A stretch of DNA of 63,496 nucleotides, the filler included, from Chiloscyllium plagiosum (Eukaryota): NCBI RefSeq assembly GCF_004010195.1. It is 4 parts of one record of this genome, joined end to end, with 100 filler letters (N's around TTAATTAATTAA, not from the genome) between each part and the next. Parts side by side here need not be neighbours in the genome. Positions count along the whole stretch, not along the records: positions 1 to 30,807 come from NC_057715.1; 3 more parts are not named here. One strand, given 5' to 3'. Every line of letters starts with the position of its first letter. Position 1 is the stretch's first letter. Of the stretch, positions 1-12,680 are shown piece by piece. Below the pieces are notes generated by a model. It worked only from the letters and a program-made list of their open reading frames with translations, was not told the origin of the DNA and ran no database searches. A program made the position numbers and the translations under genes.

Positions 1-175
1 CACCCTCAGAGAGGGGCAGGTCGGGAGGGATGGTGAACACACGGCAGGGCTGGGAGCTAGGACCTGGTGGGGGGCTGGAGCTGGGTGTGGGGGCGGGGTT
101 AGGCCTGGGGGCAGGGACGGAGATCGGCATGGGGGCGGGGTTGGGCGTGGTGATGGCGATAGGTGAAGGGGGGTA
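1..175 (-). mobile_element. Penelope-like (Neptune-type) element fragment, Pro-rich region upstream of RT, continuing off the window
   Basis: Reverse strand reads ...PSSQPCRVFTIPPDLPLSE, resembling the segment that precedes LSKGL in Neptune PLE ORFs; G-rich on +. Confidence 0.6.
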
Positions 176-357
176 AATGATATATATATAGTAAGGCCTG
201 TATGTTTAATAAAGCTGTGCTATTAAACACATAGTGATGTGTAAATTGCAAGTGTTATAGAATACATACCACTTGCCTGGATAAGTGCAGGTCTGACAAT
301 ACTTCAGAAGCTTGTGTTCCTTCACTATCGCTGGGCCAAATATTGGAACTTCCTTTC

Positions 358-770
358 TCATCATCTTCCTTTGGCATATCTCACAGATTAGCTTGACTCT
401 CTTCCACTCTCAAGATGAGTCCATATGTAGCTGTACAGACCAATATGGCTACTGCAGGCTCTGTTACACTTGGCGGCAGGGGTTGGTCGTGGAAAGAGGT
501 GGGTGGGGCGTTGGAGAGGCAGCATGTTCCTTTTGCTGTTTACCCAGGCTTCCATTTTTTTCCCAACAGCAAGTCTCGAGGCGCTCGATGTCTTCCCGAA
601 TGCTCTTCCTCCACTTTGGACGGTCTTGGGCCAGTGATTCCCGGGTCTCTGTGGGAATGCTGCACTTCCCCAGCGAGGCCTTGAGGGTATCCCTGAAGCA
701 CTTCCTCTGTCCACCTGGGGCTCGCCTGTTATTTCGGAGCTGGGAAAAGAGCACCTGCTTGGGGAATCAT
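358..770 (-). mobile_element. RTE-clade LINE 3' fragment
   Basis: ORF 464..754(-) GGQRKCFRDTLKASLGKCSIPTETRESLAQDRPKWRKSI is typical of the RTE/BovB ORF C-terminus; it interrupts a LINE 3' fragment (about 235-352 and 790-895, +). Confidence 0.8.
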
Positions 771-1474
771 TCTAACAACAATGCGGGTGCATCTACATCA
801 CAAGAGGGCAGCTCACCACTACCTTCTCCAGGGAGAATAGGGATGATCAACAAATTCCAGCCTTATCTGTGATGTTCACATCTCATACACAATTTTTAAA
901 AATAATTTATATTGAGGAAAATATGACAAAACATTCTTAAAACTGAATTACCTTTTGTATTATTACTGCAGCTAATGTTCCTTGCACTATTTTGCACACA
1001 AAAAAACTCATATATGAACATTTTTAGATATTGTTGAGAGCAGAGAAAAATCAATTTAGAATTTTATTACCTCTATCAGAGTACCAAAATATCAAAACCA
1101 TCTTCTTTGAAGGCCTGACCAAATGCTTTGCTTATGGCAACATTTCACATTACTGTATTTTAATAACGAATCAAGATTAAACTTATATCAAGTAATAATA
1201 GGAATAAATAGCATACACTGTGGTGGAAATGCCATTTGTACACTTTGGATATAGCCCATTTTAATTAGCCTTTTCATATTGGCTGTGTAGAATTACTTCC
1301 TGAAACAGTATCTGGAACCTTACAGACAATCTAATATTATCTTTTCTGAATGAGATGTCCTCTCTTATTCTGACCCAAATTGTTACGTCAAGGATGATCC
1401 TCAAATTGCTCCCTTACTTATTGTAAAGTGCTGCCACTTGGAGCTTGAAATTAATTCTTCAGTGGATTTATTAT

Positions 1475-1822
1475 TTCTTTATTCATTCACAGAGGGATGT
1501 AGGCGTCACTGGCTAGGCCAGCATTTATTGCCTACTCCTAATTGCCCAGAGAGTCGTTAAGAGTCAAACATATTGCTGGAGGACTGGAGTCACATGTAGG
1601 TCAGACCAGGTAAGGATGGCAGTTTCTTTCCCTAAAAGGCATCAGTGAACCAGATGGGTTTTTTCGACAATGCACTTCTTGTCATCATTAGCTTCCTAAT
1701 TCTACATACTTATTGAATTCAAATTCCATCATCTACCATGGTAAGATTTGAACCCAGATCTCCCAGAATATTATCAAGGTCTCTGGATTAATAGTCTAGT
1801 GATAATAGTCCAAGCCATTCCC
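1475..1822 (-). mobile_element. tRNA-derived SINE with LINE-shared 3' tail
   Basis: B-box-like GGGTTCAAATC on - near 1746-1756; 3' tail GGCAATAAATGCTGGCCTAGCCAGTGACGCC is shared with LINE fragments at 3740 and 38170. Confidence 0.7.
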
Positions 1823-1972
1823 CACTATGAGAGAGCAAATGGGTTACCTGACACTGGCAACAGGAAGACTCAGATAAGAATGGCTGGATCTTATTAGATT
1901 GTCATGTTATGACTTTGTGACTAGAATATTTTCCAATCAACCTCTTCTGGGATGTTATGACACACTTGGAGC

Positions 1973-2360
1973 ATTGGAGACTGAGGGGTGACCTTATAGA
2001 GTTCTATAAAATCAGGAAAGGCATAGTTAAAATAGAGAGCCAAGAACTTTTCCCCATATAGGGGAGTCTAAAACTAGAGGGCATAGGTTTAAGGTGAGAG
2101 GCGAGAGATACAAATGGGTCCAGAGAGCCATTTCTTCACTTTGAGGGTGGTGACTATCTGGAATGGGTGGTCAGAAGTCATGGAAGTAAGTACAATATTG
2201 TAATTTAAAAAAAATTTAGACAGATCAGTAGATGGGGTAGGTATCAAAGAATCATGGATCAAATGCAGGCAAATGGGATAAGTTTAAATTGTGAAAGCTC
2301 GGTGGAATAGGCAGATTGGACCAAAGGACCTGTTTCCAGGCTGTAGACCTCTATGACGCT
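1973..2360 (+). mobile_element. CR1 LINE 3' end inserted into a short tRNA-SINE (halves about 1935-1972 and 2372-2447, -)
   Basis: RLRGDLIE...SKTRGHRFKVRG motif and CTATGA tail, homologous to 20305-20865. Confidence 0.8.
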
Positions 2361-2654
2361 ATGAATTTATGACGTCTGCAGCAGGTGGGACTTTAAACAG
2401 GCCCTCCTAGCTCAGAGAAATGTGCACTGCCATTGCCCACAAGGGCTCACTCCCTGATCAGAACAACTAGGAAGTCAATGGGAAGCAGCTGTCAGTCACT
2501 AGAAGAAGGTGTGGTCACCAGGAATGGAGGGATTGTTCAGCAAGGCTGATATCCAGACTCTTTTGCAGTCCTCCTCCGCTAGAGGCTCACACTTTCCATG
2601 GTCTAAGAGTTGTGGAATCCTTGACTAAGCCCTTCCTGTCAGCTTTGTACATCA

Positions 2655-3165
2655 GCCTGGATTCTGTCATGGCACTCCTATCTCAAAGTCAGAAAGTTAT
2701 GGCCTCAAGATCCACTCCAGAGAACTTCAGTGCGTAATCTAGACTGACACATCAACATAGCCCTGAGGCAGCACGTATTGTCAAGTATGTCCTTTTTCAG
2801 ACTAACCCCTATCAGCTCTATCAGGTAAATACAAAATATCCTATGAAATTATTTTAAAAGAAGACTAGAGGATGTCACCTAATGTCCTAGCACAAGTTTC
2901 ACTCTGGGACTGAAGTTTAAAAATCAGGAAATTTACTGAGTGAGCACTGTTGGAGTTACTGATGTGATGTTCAAAGGAGACCTTCCCCTCCTCTGGTTAC
3001 ATGCAAAAGAAAGTCTCATGGTATCATTTGGAAAAGAGGGAGGGGTGGAGTTGTGTCCCAGGTATTCAGTTCAATATTTATTCCTCAATCAACATCATTA
3101 AATGAAAAATGGACTATCTGGTCATTATTGCTCCTTCTGGGAGTATGATGTCTACAAATTGACCT
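2655..3165 (+). mobile_element. Two degenerate tandem Deu-domain SINE (SacSINE1/AmnSINE1-like) copies
   Basis: Matches my recollection of the Deu core (aatctagactgacac..., aatatttattcctcaatcaacatca..., tatctggtcattat); tail resumes near 3570-3640. Confidence 0.55.
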
Positions 3166-3169
3166 TTTT

Positions 3170-4860
3170 TAAATAATTGAGCTCATGGGATGTAGACTGG
3201 GACAGCTTTTAAAAGCCATTGCTGGTTACTTTTGACAAGGTGATGGTGAGCTTCTTTCTTGAATCACTGCAGTCCATGTGCTGTAGACCCATAAGCATTT
3301 AGGGAGGCATTCCAAATATTGACCCAGCAATGGTGAAGGAATGGTGATATATTTCCAAGTCAAGAGGAACTTGCAATTGGTAGAATTCCCACATATTTCC
3401 TGCCATTGCCCTTCTCTACAATAACAATCATGGGTTTAGTAAGTAATGCCCAACCTGCCTTGGTGCATTCTCACATGTCAGCCCAAACCCAGATATTATC
3501 CAGCTCTTGCTTCATTCGGACATGGCTGAGTATCTGAGGAGTCACAAATGGTGCTGAACATTGTGATTTCTGCATTCTTTACATTTCAACAGTGTACAAT
3601 GTACTTCGTGGGCTATAAAGTGCTTTGAGATGTCCAGGTATGATCTTCCTGGCCTTAGCCCTTGTTGAAACATTTACCAGTATATATATCTTGATCTACC
3701 TTAAAATTATTCAGTAATGTTTACTTGTCATCTTTATATTTTTCATTCATTCATGGGATTTAGATGTTGCTGACTAAGACAGGATTCATGACCCAGACCT
3801 AATTCCTGTGGAGAAGGTGATGGTGAGCTATCTTTTGAACTGCTGCAACCCTCATGGTATGGGGTCATCCATAATTAAAAAGAGAACTCCAAAACTTTGA
3901 CCCAGTGATAGTGAAGGATGCAATATAGTTCCAAGTCAGGATTGTGTGTGTGATCTAGAAGGGAAACATGCAGATCTTAAGTTCACATACATCTCTACTT
4001 TTGTCCTTCTACACAGTCAAGGTTATGGATGTGGAAAGGTCAATCAGAGCACCTTTGGTGAATTACTGCAGTGCATCTTGAAGATAGTACAGTGCATATT
4101 GGTGCCATGGTGTCCCAGTGGTGAAGTAACTAGTGTTGATGGTGGTGGATGAGGTACTATGTAGTTAGATTACTTCATCATAGATCTTAACAAGTTTCTT
4201 GGGTGCTGTGAGAGTTTCACTCATATGGGTAAGTGAAGAATATTCCATCACGTTCCAAATGCATGCCTTGTAGTTGGTAGACAGGTACTGGGGAGACAGC
4301 AGGTGAGTTACTCCCCACAGAATTCCTCACCTTTGACCTGTTTTTATAGCCACATCATTTATGTAGCTGGTCCACTTCAATTTCTGGTCAACGGTAATCC
4401 ACAGGATGGTTATGGTGGTGGACTCGGGGATGGTAAGGCCATTAAACATCAAAAGTGAAATTTTGTATTGTTAGGGATGGTCATTGTCTGGCTTGAATGC
4501 TCAGTTGTCAGCTTAGCCTGGATGTTGTCCAGGTTTTGCTGTATATGAACACAGGCTGCTTAGTATCTGATAAATCTCAATCTGTTGTATGTTAATTAGC
4601 GAACATCCCCATTTCTGTCCTCATAATAGAGGGGAGATCATTGATGAAGCAGTTGAAGATAGTTGAGCCTAGGCAATGGCCATAGGGAACACCAGTAGCG
4701 ATGTCTTGGAGTGAGTATGACTGGTCTCCAACTAACACAACATCTTCCTTTTTGCCAGATATGACTCCAACCATTGAAGAGTTTTCTACCTGATTCCAGT
4801 TTTGGTAGGGCTTCACGATTTCATACTCATTCAAATGTCGCCTTAATGTCAACAGCATTG
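3170..4860 (-). mobile_element. Old L2/CR1-group LINE fragments (two 3' ends plus RT segment)
   Basis: ORF 4592..5062(-) contains GVPYGHCLGSTIFNCFINDLP...MFAN, a degenerate GVPQGSVLGP/FADD RT motif pair. Confidence 0.75.
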
Positions 4861-5229
4861 AAAGTTGGCTGCTGGTGCCAGGAAAGGTAGGGCAATGGAA
4901 TGAGGGAGGGATTGGCCTCATTGTTAGACATTCAGTGACTGATGGGGGGACGTGACACAGGGTGGGTTGAGACCTGCTAAATATCACTGCCATGTCCTGG
5001 CCGCCAAGCTTCCCCACCCACTCCCCAATTCTTGACATCTGCAGATGACCCCAGTACATCATCTGCCAACACTATACACTCCCAAGGCTTAGGATCACCA
5101 AGAAAACACTTAAATCACCAGGCCTTTCCAAAATGAGGTGACGTGGGGCTCTCATTTACTTGTCAGTGATAGGCAAGGCACCCCTCATTTCCATTAAGTC
5201 CAGAGCCTGCACCCAAAACATGCCCTGCT

Positions 5230-5625
5230 CATAGAGATGTGCGGCCCAGAAAAAGATCCTTCAGTCCAACCTGTCCATGATGAGCAGTTATCCTAAATTA
5301 ATCTAGTCCCATTTTACAGCATCTAGCCTGTATCCCTCGAAACCCTTCCTATTCATATACCCATCCAGATGACTTTTAAACATTGAAATCGTCCCAGCCT
5401 CCACCATTTCCTCTGGCAGCTCATTCCATGCTTGCTACATCCTCTGCATGAAAAAGCTGCCCTTTGGTCTCTTTTATATCTTTCCTCTCTTACCTTTTTA
5501 AATTTTTCCCCTCTCACCCAAAAAACTATCCCCTCCAGATTTGCACTCCTCTATCCTGAGAAAAAGACCTTGACTATTCATCCTAGCCATGTTCCTCATG
5601 ATTTTATAGACCTCTATAAGGTCTC
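5230..5625 (-). mobile_element. CR1 LINE 3' end
   Basis: Homologous to 20305-20700. Confidence 0.8.
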
Positions 5626-6594
5626 TTTTCTTTCTGTATCTTCAGTAGTTAATGCTATTGTATTTCATTTTTCCTGTTGGTACAAGAGGGAAGCTTTAAG
5701 CTTGAGCATTAACTGGGACAAATTTTTACTTTGCATCTTGAACACAATGGAGATAATTATCATAAGAGATGTAGATCAGGCAGCCAGTTCAGGACCATTG
5801 TTCCACACTATTGAATAAAGTCAAAGTCTACCCCGACAAACAAAGTTTGTGTGCTTCTGTACATATATACACACTTGAATGAAATTCAGAAAACCCAATT
5901 CCTAGCTAGCCAGTTATTCAGTATTTCTGTAACAGCATATATTTTTCATTTAAGAGATTTTAAAGTCAAAATCCCCAGATTGCTGGTTTCATGGGCAAAA
6001 GAAAATCCTTTTTTTTGTTCAAGGTCAATTCTGAATTCTAATTTTAATTTGTTGCAGATGAAAAATCATTTGCATGTTAACGTGCTTTGCTTTAAAAGAG
6101 CTTCTCCTCTTTTCCAACAATGTACATGATGTTTGAAAAGTAATTTTAAGAACTCGGAGAATTCAGAATGCCATTGGCCTCTGCGAGCTAATCTTTAGAG
6201 GTCACTATTTTGAACTTTATGTGTGAAGAATGTAAAGCTTTTAGAATTAAGTATTATTTCGATTTACTTGGACTTATTCTCTGAACCAAATCTGAGATAA
6301 TCCTCAAAAATCCTAGTTTACTGTAGGCGGAAAATGAAAAAAAAAGGACTGTTTCATATGACAGTGCCTTTGGAGTAACTAGGAGATTAAGTAAAATTCA
6401 GCAATAAAAATAACAGACTTCTTGCTGCTCTGTTAAAAAAAAAGCAATTAAGTAGTTGGCTCTTGCGCAAACATCATGACTTCCTTAGGAATGTTGCCAG
6501 CATGAGTCTCAGGACCAAATTAAAGTTGGAAACTGGGAATAGATTGTCTTAATATATTCACAGGGACTAAATGCCAATTCCTTCCCCCTTCCTT

Positions 6595-6918
6595 TTTTAC
6601 AGAATCCCTGCAATGTGACAGCAAGCCATTCAGCCCATCAGATCCATACCAACCCTCTGACCAGCATCTCACACCGCTCTCCTATAGCCCCTGTAATCTT
6701 CATGGCTAACCCATCTACTCTCCATATCCCTGGACACTATGGGTAATTTATCATGGCAAATCCACCTAACCTGCACATTTTTGGGAGGAAACTGGAGGAA
6801 ACCCACACAAATAGGGGGCGAATGTGCAAACTCCACACAGACAGACACCCAAGGGTGGAACTGAACCCAGATCCCTGGCACTGTGAGGCAGCATGCCACC
6901 CCACAGCACACAGCATGG
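6595..6918 (-). mobile_element. HE1-like V-SINE
   Basis: tRNA-like head with B box, V-domain TCTGTGTGGAGTTTGCACATTC, CR1-like tail; homologous to 12050, 23808 and 27620. Confidence 0.85.
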
Positions 6919-8974
6919 TACACCAGATTCAGAATCAAAAACAGAAATTGCTGGAAAAGCTCAGCATCCCAGATTTAGCACAATCTGCAACTGTCTCTAG
7001 TGCTAGATCTTTCATATAGACTGGAACATCTGGCTCATATAGTGGCTCGCCATTTGGGACAGGCTCACTCTTTGAATCAACCATAGAAAGCAAAAGGCAG
7101 GTGCTGGTAACCAGAAACGAAGACCAAAAAAAAATTCAACAAGTCAGGTAGCAGCTACAGAGAAGGTTAACACTACAGAGCCTTCACTGGTAAAAATTAG
7201 AGATGGAACTGATTTTGATCAATTACATAAGCAAGAAATGGTGGGACAAGTGGAAAGAACAAATGGGAAGATCTGCGATGGGTTGATTAACGGAATGACG
7301 AAAGGGATAATGGTATAAGACAAAAGAGAGTAGCAATTGGACAAGTGACAAAATCTGAGCCTTGCAATACTATCTCTAATAATAGAGGCAGTGAACATGA
7401 TCTGAAGAGTTCATGTCGCAATGGAATTGGAAAGAGTGCTTTAATGATTGTCCCCATTAGCTGACACAAATGTCTAACTTTCCAATTAAACCACCAAGGT
7501 TTTCAATTTGCCACACAGACTGTTGTTCAAGACAAAGGTAATGCACACCAGGTTTCATCACTGACAGGACAAACTTATTCTTTAACAAATGTCAAAACTA
7601 AAGGGATTACTAATTTACTACTGTACAACTTAGGTTTTACCTGTTTCAAAACCCCACTACCAGCTTCTCAGGGTTAACTAAGGCAGTAAACGTCATGCAA
7701 ACCAGTACCACCCTCATCCCTTGGAGTGAATGTAAAACATTCCCCAGGGAATTAAACAACATAATGATGCTTCAGGTCTGTGATATTGAGAATTGTATCC
7801 CACTCATTCTCTTCCATCACAATGTGGAGTGTGTTAGGCAATTGACTGCTGCTTCCTGTAGTGAAGAAGTCTTTAGTACTTTTGTGAAAACCAGAGGGAC
7901 TCTTTTATTCCCTCCAGCCATTTTACCAGGATCTGGCAGACATGCCTTTAGCAACTGCTGCTTAGTCTGCTCAATTGGAATATTACATTGATGGACATCT
8001 ATTTGATATCACTTCAGCAGGATTGTCCCTTACAATTGGATTGGATTCCTTGTTACATTCTCAGTATTTTCATGTCTAAGAGGCTCACTCCAAATGTATC
8101 AGTTACATGAAAATGGGATCCTTTTTTAAGGTAATGGCAGTCAAAGCTTGCATCCAGATTCCCTCTACATAGTACCTTAAAACTAGCCATATTGTTGGGA
8201 CACAGAAGCAGAATGAAATCATTCTTATGACATTTTGAGGATAAACGAAACTGGTACATATTTACTACACATGCTGAATCAGATGAAATATGATCAACAA
8301 CAAAACATACGATAATAATTATGTTGAGTTAAGACTTGGTTTGAATATTATTGTAAAATATTTGTGGAATTAATTTAATGTATTACCGTATATACATGTC
8401 TAAAAGACAAATGTTTTAGACTAATTATTTTAGGTCGAAGATAATTTGGTCAACTTTTACACAAGTGTTTATGGTAATTATAAGCAGACTTTCAGTGCAT
8501 GAAGTCAATTTAATTGCTTGCCTATAATTTTGTGTGACCCAATTTTCATTATTCTTTGATTTATGTCTACATGCCAAACAATACTGAGGTGTGTATTTTT
8601 AATTTCGGATGAGCTGCTTTCTCCCCTTGTCCTGGACTTCAAGGGCTGCTACGTGGAAAAGTTTGCCTTATCAGTGAACACTCACACCAGACACAAGCAT
8701 ACCCAGAGAATCACAAGAAAGTAGAAAATCCCTCATCATTTTAATCACCAGAGAAAGTAGAGAGGACCATAAATATAAACTTGTTCAATTTTTGATAGAA
8801 CAAGTGCGAACCATCATCTTTTCAAGACAGTAAGCCAGCTAAAACCATCAAACACTACTGTGTTTAACTACTATATGAGAACTTTACAACACTGTGTTTC
8901 TTATTTTGAAGCATCAGGTACACCTTCTCTGATGTGAAAGACTGTCGCAACACTCAAATTTTTGTAAAAAAAAT

Positions 8975-9099
8975 CTGAAAGAACTGCGTATGCTGTAAAT
9001 TAGAAACAGAAACAAAATCTGCTGGGAAAGCTCAGCTCCAACATCTGTGGAGTGGTATCAGAGTTAACGTTTCGGGTCCAGTGACCCTTCCTCAGAACT
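8975..9099 (-). mobile_element. Short PLE-derived element, family B (3' end plus hammerhead)
   Basis: Same architecture as 35875-36045 and 42725-42851; ends exactly at hammerhead stem I. Confidence 0.7.
9062..9099 (-). ncRNA. Minimal type I hammerhead ribozyme motif (family B)
   Basis: Minus strand: AGTT CTGAGGA A GGGTC ACTG GACCC GAAA C GTT AACT; stem I AGTT/AACT, intact core, 5-bp stem II, palindromic ACGT helix III. Confidence 0.75.
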
Positions 9100-9112
9100 G
9101 TTTTTGTTTCTG

Positions 9113-9306
9113 AGTCAAAAAGTGTGGCGCTGGAAAAGCACAGGAGGTCAGGCAGCAACCGAGGAGTAGGACAATTGACATTCCTGATGAAGGGCTTGTG
9201 GCCAAAACATTGATTCTCCCTGCTCCTCGGATGCTTCCTGACCTGCTGTGCTTTTCCAGCCATTTTTTTAACTCCGATCTCCAGCACCTGCAGTCCTCAG
9301 TTTCAC
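9113..9306 (+). mobile_element. Palindromic short PLE-derived element, family A
   Basis: Inverted arm 9113-9180, degenerate hammerhead about 9180-9214, 15-bp TSD CTGTTTTTGTTTCTG (9098-9112 / 9307-9321). Confidence 0.8.
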
Positions 9307-9959
9307 CTGTTTTTGTTTCTGGTAAATTTCTGGTATTTATTTTAAAGAAGGTGATTGCAGAACCTGTTTTACCATTCATTATTAAATTTCAATGGAATAT
9401 TCACTGGAATAGCAACAGAGGCAGTACAGGCCTGCATACATTGTCACTCGGTTTTCAGAGTGGACAGTGAGTACTGGCAGTGAGTAACAAGTCATGGGAG
9501 CAATATCCAGCTCTATACTCATTTAGCACTTTTGCAACAGCAAGTGGGAGCACAGCCATCAACTAACTTAGTAGAGACCAAGGGAACTTAGGACATCTGC
9601 TCCACATTGTTCAGTTACCAATTGCACAAACATGCTGAGCCATTGAAGAAGCTTTCCCATTTAATCCTACTTGTGATCTATGCAAGTGCAGAGACACAGC
9701 AGCAGACAACCTGCTCTGAAAGCATGTATATATTACTTGACCATCCATGGCTGACATAGACAGATTATTTTTTTCAGTAAACTAGTGCCATGCACATAAT
9801 TAATACATGCATCTTATGTTCAACATGGAGAAAATAAGCCAGGTAATAAACACATCCATGCGTAAAATAGTTTGTGATATATCTGTGATGCTGGTTCTCT
9901 GCATTGTGTTTTTCTAATGATGAAAACACAACAGGCTAAGCGACAGTCCCTGCATGACT

Positions 9960-10210
9960 GCCTTCGTGATAAGACGACTGTCTCTGTTCAGACCCAAGGA
10001 AGGAAGTCCCTGAGTACAGCGACTGCCAGTTCTCCAACCTAGTCACATCACAAAGTGTGGGGGAGTGGGCAGCTCCCGGATTCTGTGAGAATCAATTATA
10101 GGAAGTGAAAAGGCACTGCGTTTCTTCCTGTTAGCTTCGTGGGAAATTGTATCAATTGCAAAGAGCTCAGGCAACAAAGACATCATATATTACAACAAAC
10201 AGGAAAAATT
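9960..10210. promoter_or_regulatory. Candidate enhancer (GATA/ETS/CSL motif cluster)
   Basis: TGATAAGA 9967, AGGAAGT 10001, TGTGAGAA 10084, GGAAGTGAAA 10101, CTTCCTGTTA 10124, CGTGGGAA 10138 in non-repetitive DNA. Confidence 0.4.
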
Positions 10211-10655
10211 CATTAGATGGAAAACAACTCTCGAAAATAATCAAACATCGATTGAATTATTTGGATGAGAATATAGCAGGCATTTCATTTCTGACCTCCA
10301 TAGATTATACAGCAGCATCAATGATCTGTATGGCACACTAATTAACCAAATCCAATCATTATTGTTCACTTATAAAAACTTAAACATCTATTGTTTAAGA
10401 GTTTAAAATGAGTATATTTTAACCAAAATGCCTGTATTAGGAGATCATAAAGTACACAGCATAAAACAGAGCAGTCCAACTCACTGGTCAATGCCAATGC
10501 ATATGCTCTGTTTAAGCCTTCATCCAACCCTCCTCATCCAATCTTAGCAGCATTTTTGTTTCTCTCATCAAACTAATCAAACAATTAGAAAATGAGCCAA
10601 AATCACAAATACATAAAAAATCTCCATTTGGTGAGCTGGGCAATCAACCCATTCA

Positions 10656-10746
10656 GGTAAAAACAATGACTGCAGATGCTGGAAACCAGATTCTGGATCA
10701 GTGGTGCTGGAAGAGCACAGCAATTCAGGCAGCATCCGAGGACAGG
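10656..10746 (-). mobile_element. 5'-truncated family A PLE 3' end
   Basis: Near-identical to the reverse complement of 60551-60641; 8-bp TSD CCCATTCA (10648-10655 / 10747-10754). Confidence 0.8.
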
Positions 10747-11941
10747 CCCATTCACTTAAACAATGCATGAAAATATAAATATAAATGGGCTTTGACGCTT
10801 GAAAATAATAATGCCCTGTGACTGCTTTTGCTGCCTCAAAGCTGCTTTTGCACTAATAGCAATCCCACCATTGCACTAATATCAAATGTAAAATTTGCCT
10901 TGATGCGTCTTTAAGAATACCTCCTTGATTTCAGTTTAGCTAAAGTGAACTAGACAGTGCAACTGCAGCCATTTCTGAATACAGGGGTAACAGCACAAGT
11001 GCCCAAAAGATGGCAGTATAACACAGGTATCATTGTTCCAGTCCTCATCTGTACACAAGAGGGTGTCCTCTTCATCAGTTTGCTACATGATGACCACATC
11101 TTGAGTGAAGCCAAAATCAACTGTAGACCTTTGTGAAACATAAATAATGAAAAATAAATTACAACCTCATTCTGACTGCATTTCTTTAGCTGTGCCATTT
11201 TGCCCTACAAACCCAAATACTTGCTACTCTACTCCATTCCGTTTAATTAACACTCTTACTGTGTCTGTGATACTGTCAATCAACACTCCATGGCAATTTG
11301 ATTTTTTTTTAGAGACCCAATTACAGAGAAAAGACCTGCAACATTTGTTAAATCTACGTGACATTTAAACCTAGATTTGTATTTTGCTCTGACCAACAAT
11401 GACTTTGTTTAAAACGGTGTCAATCAATCTAAAACACAGGTTTGAATTCCCTAGAAGATCTGTCATAAACGTTTAAAATAAAGTTCATAAACTTGCAGCA
11501 TTTGCTTTTAAAGGTCTCCAGAGGGTGATCGTAATGGTGACCAATTGTACCACTGTTTGTACAGTCAACAGGGATTAAAATGCCAAGAGAAAACTGGTTG
11601 GATGACTATCAGGCGACAGAGGAGGGGCTGTGTTAATTGTCTGCATGGCTGACTTGGCTTTATGGAAACCAAGAAAAAGAATACAGCACCTTTAACCTAA
11701 TTGCTTTTGATTTTTACTTATTAGTGCACCAGTTGTATTCAGATTACAATCTGGTATTTAGTTGGTGAATGAATGGGTTTCAAGAGAGCTTACAATATAA
11801 AGGTAGAAATGCATCTAAATTTCAGCATCGGGTAACATAGATACGTCTGTGTGGGCAACACAAAGTACAGGCAGAAAGAATCATGAAAACAGGAGACAAC
11901 AGTTAAGTCTTCAGGGAAAAGGCCAAGTTTATGATTAAGAA

Positions 11942-12053
11942 AGTAGTTAAATCCTTGCTGATCACTGGCAGAATGTGGACTATTTTCAATGAGAGGGATT
12001 TCAGTTCTTTCACTGCATCAGTGATTGCCCCAACAGATTTGCATTTAAATGGC
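11942..12053 (+). repeat. 112-bp dispersed duplicate, copy 1 (copy 2 at 14508-14619)
   Basis: Ungapped alignment with about 13 mismatches counted by eye. Confidence 0.9.
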
Positions 12054-12338
12054 TCAGTGGTTAGCACTGCTGCCTCCCAGCACCAGGGCCTGGGTTCGAT
12101 TCCAGCCTCAGGTGACTGTCTGTGTGGAGTTTACACATTCTCCCCGTGTCTGTGTGGGTTTCCTCCGGGTGCTCCAGTTTCCTCTCACAATCCAAAGATG
12201 TGCAGGTCAGGTGAATTGGCCACGCTAAATTGCCCGGAGTGTTAGGTGCATTAGTCAGAGGGAAATGGGTCTGGGTGGGTCGGTGTGGAATTGTTGGGCT
12301 GAAGGGCCTGTTTTCACACTGTAGGGAATCTAATCTAA
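12050..12338 (+). mobile_element. HE1-like V-SINE
   Basis: A box TGGCTCAGTGG, B box GGTTCGATTCC, V-domain, (AATCT)n tail. Confidence 0.9.
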
Positions 12339-12599
12339 AATATTCAGGTTTCAGCATGATCTTTTATATTGTTGATGTTTCCTCCAGTTGTTTGTCTTCC
12401 CAGAGGGAGGAGATTTTTGCTAAGTGCTACCCTCGTCACTCTGATCTACTTTTTGTCTGTTTTTCTCCCCCGATATGACTAAACCTGTGACCCAGAAGGA
12501 TATAGTGTTGTGCTGTTTGACATACAGCACGACTTGAACAAGTGCTCTTCCAACACCCGCACGCTCTCCCCCCATCAGAAACACAAAATGAGTTCTTAA

Positions 12600-12680
12600 T
12601 CTTAGCTGGACAATTGTGGGAAGCACTAACAGGAAGGGAGGAGGAGTCAATCTGGACCATTCCCAGAGATCTCCCAGAAC
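12600..12680. promoter_or_regulatory. Candidate enhancer core (SOX + CSL + FOX:ETS-like)
   Basis: ACAATTGT 12610, TGTGGGAA 12615, CTAACAGGAAG 12626, all within 27 bp. Confidence 0.35.

Noticed and set aside
12050..12110. tRNA gene (A and B boxes)
   Set aside because: It is the head of an HE1-like SINE that continues into the V-domain and LINE tail; the other SINE heads are the same.
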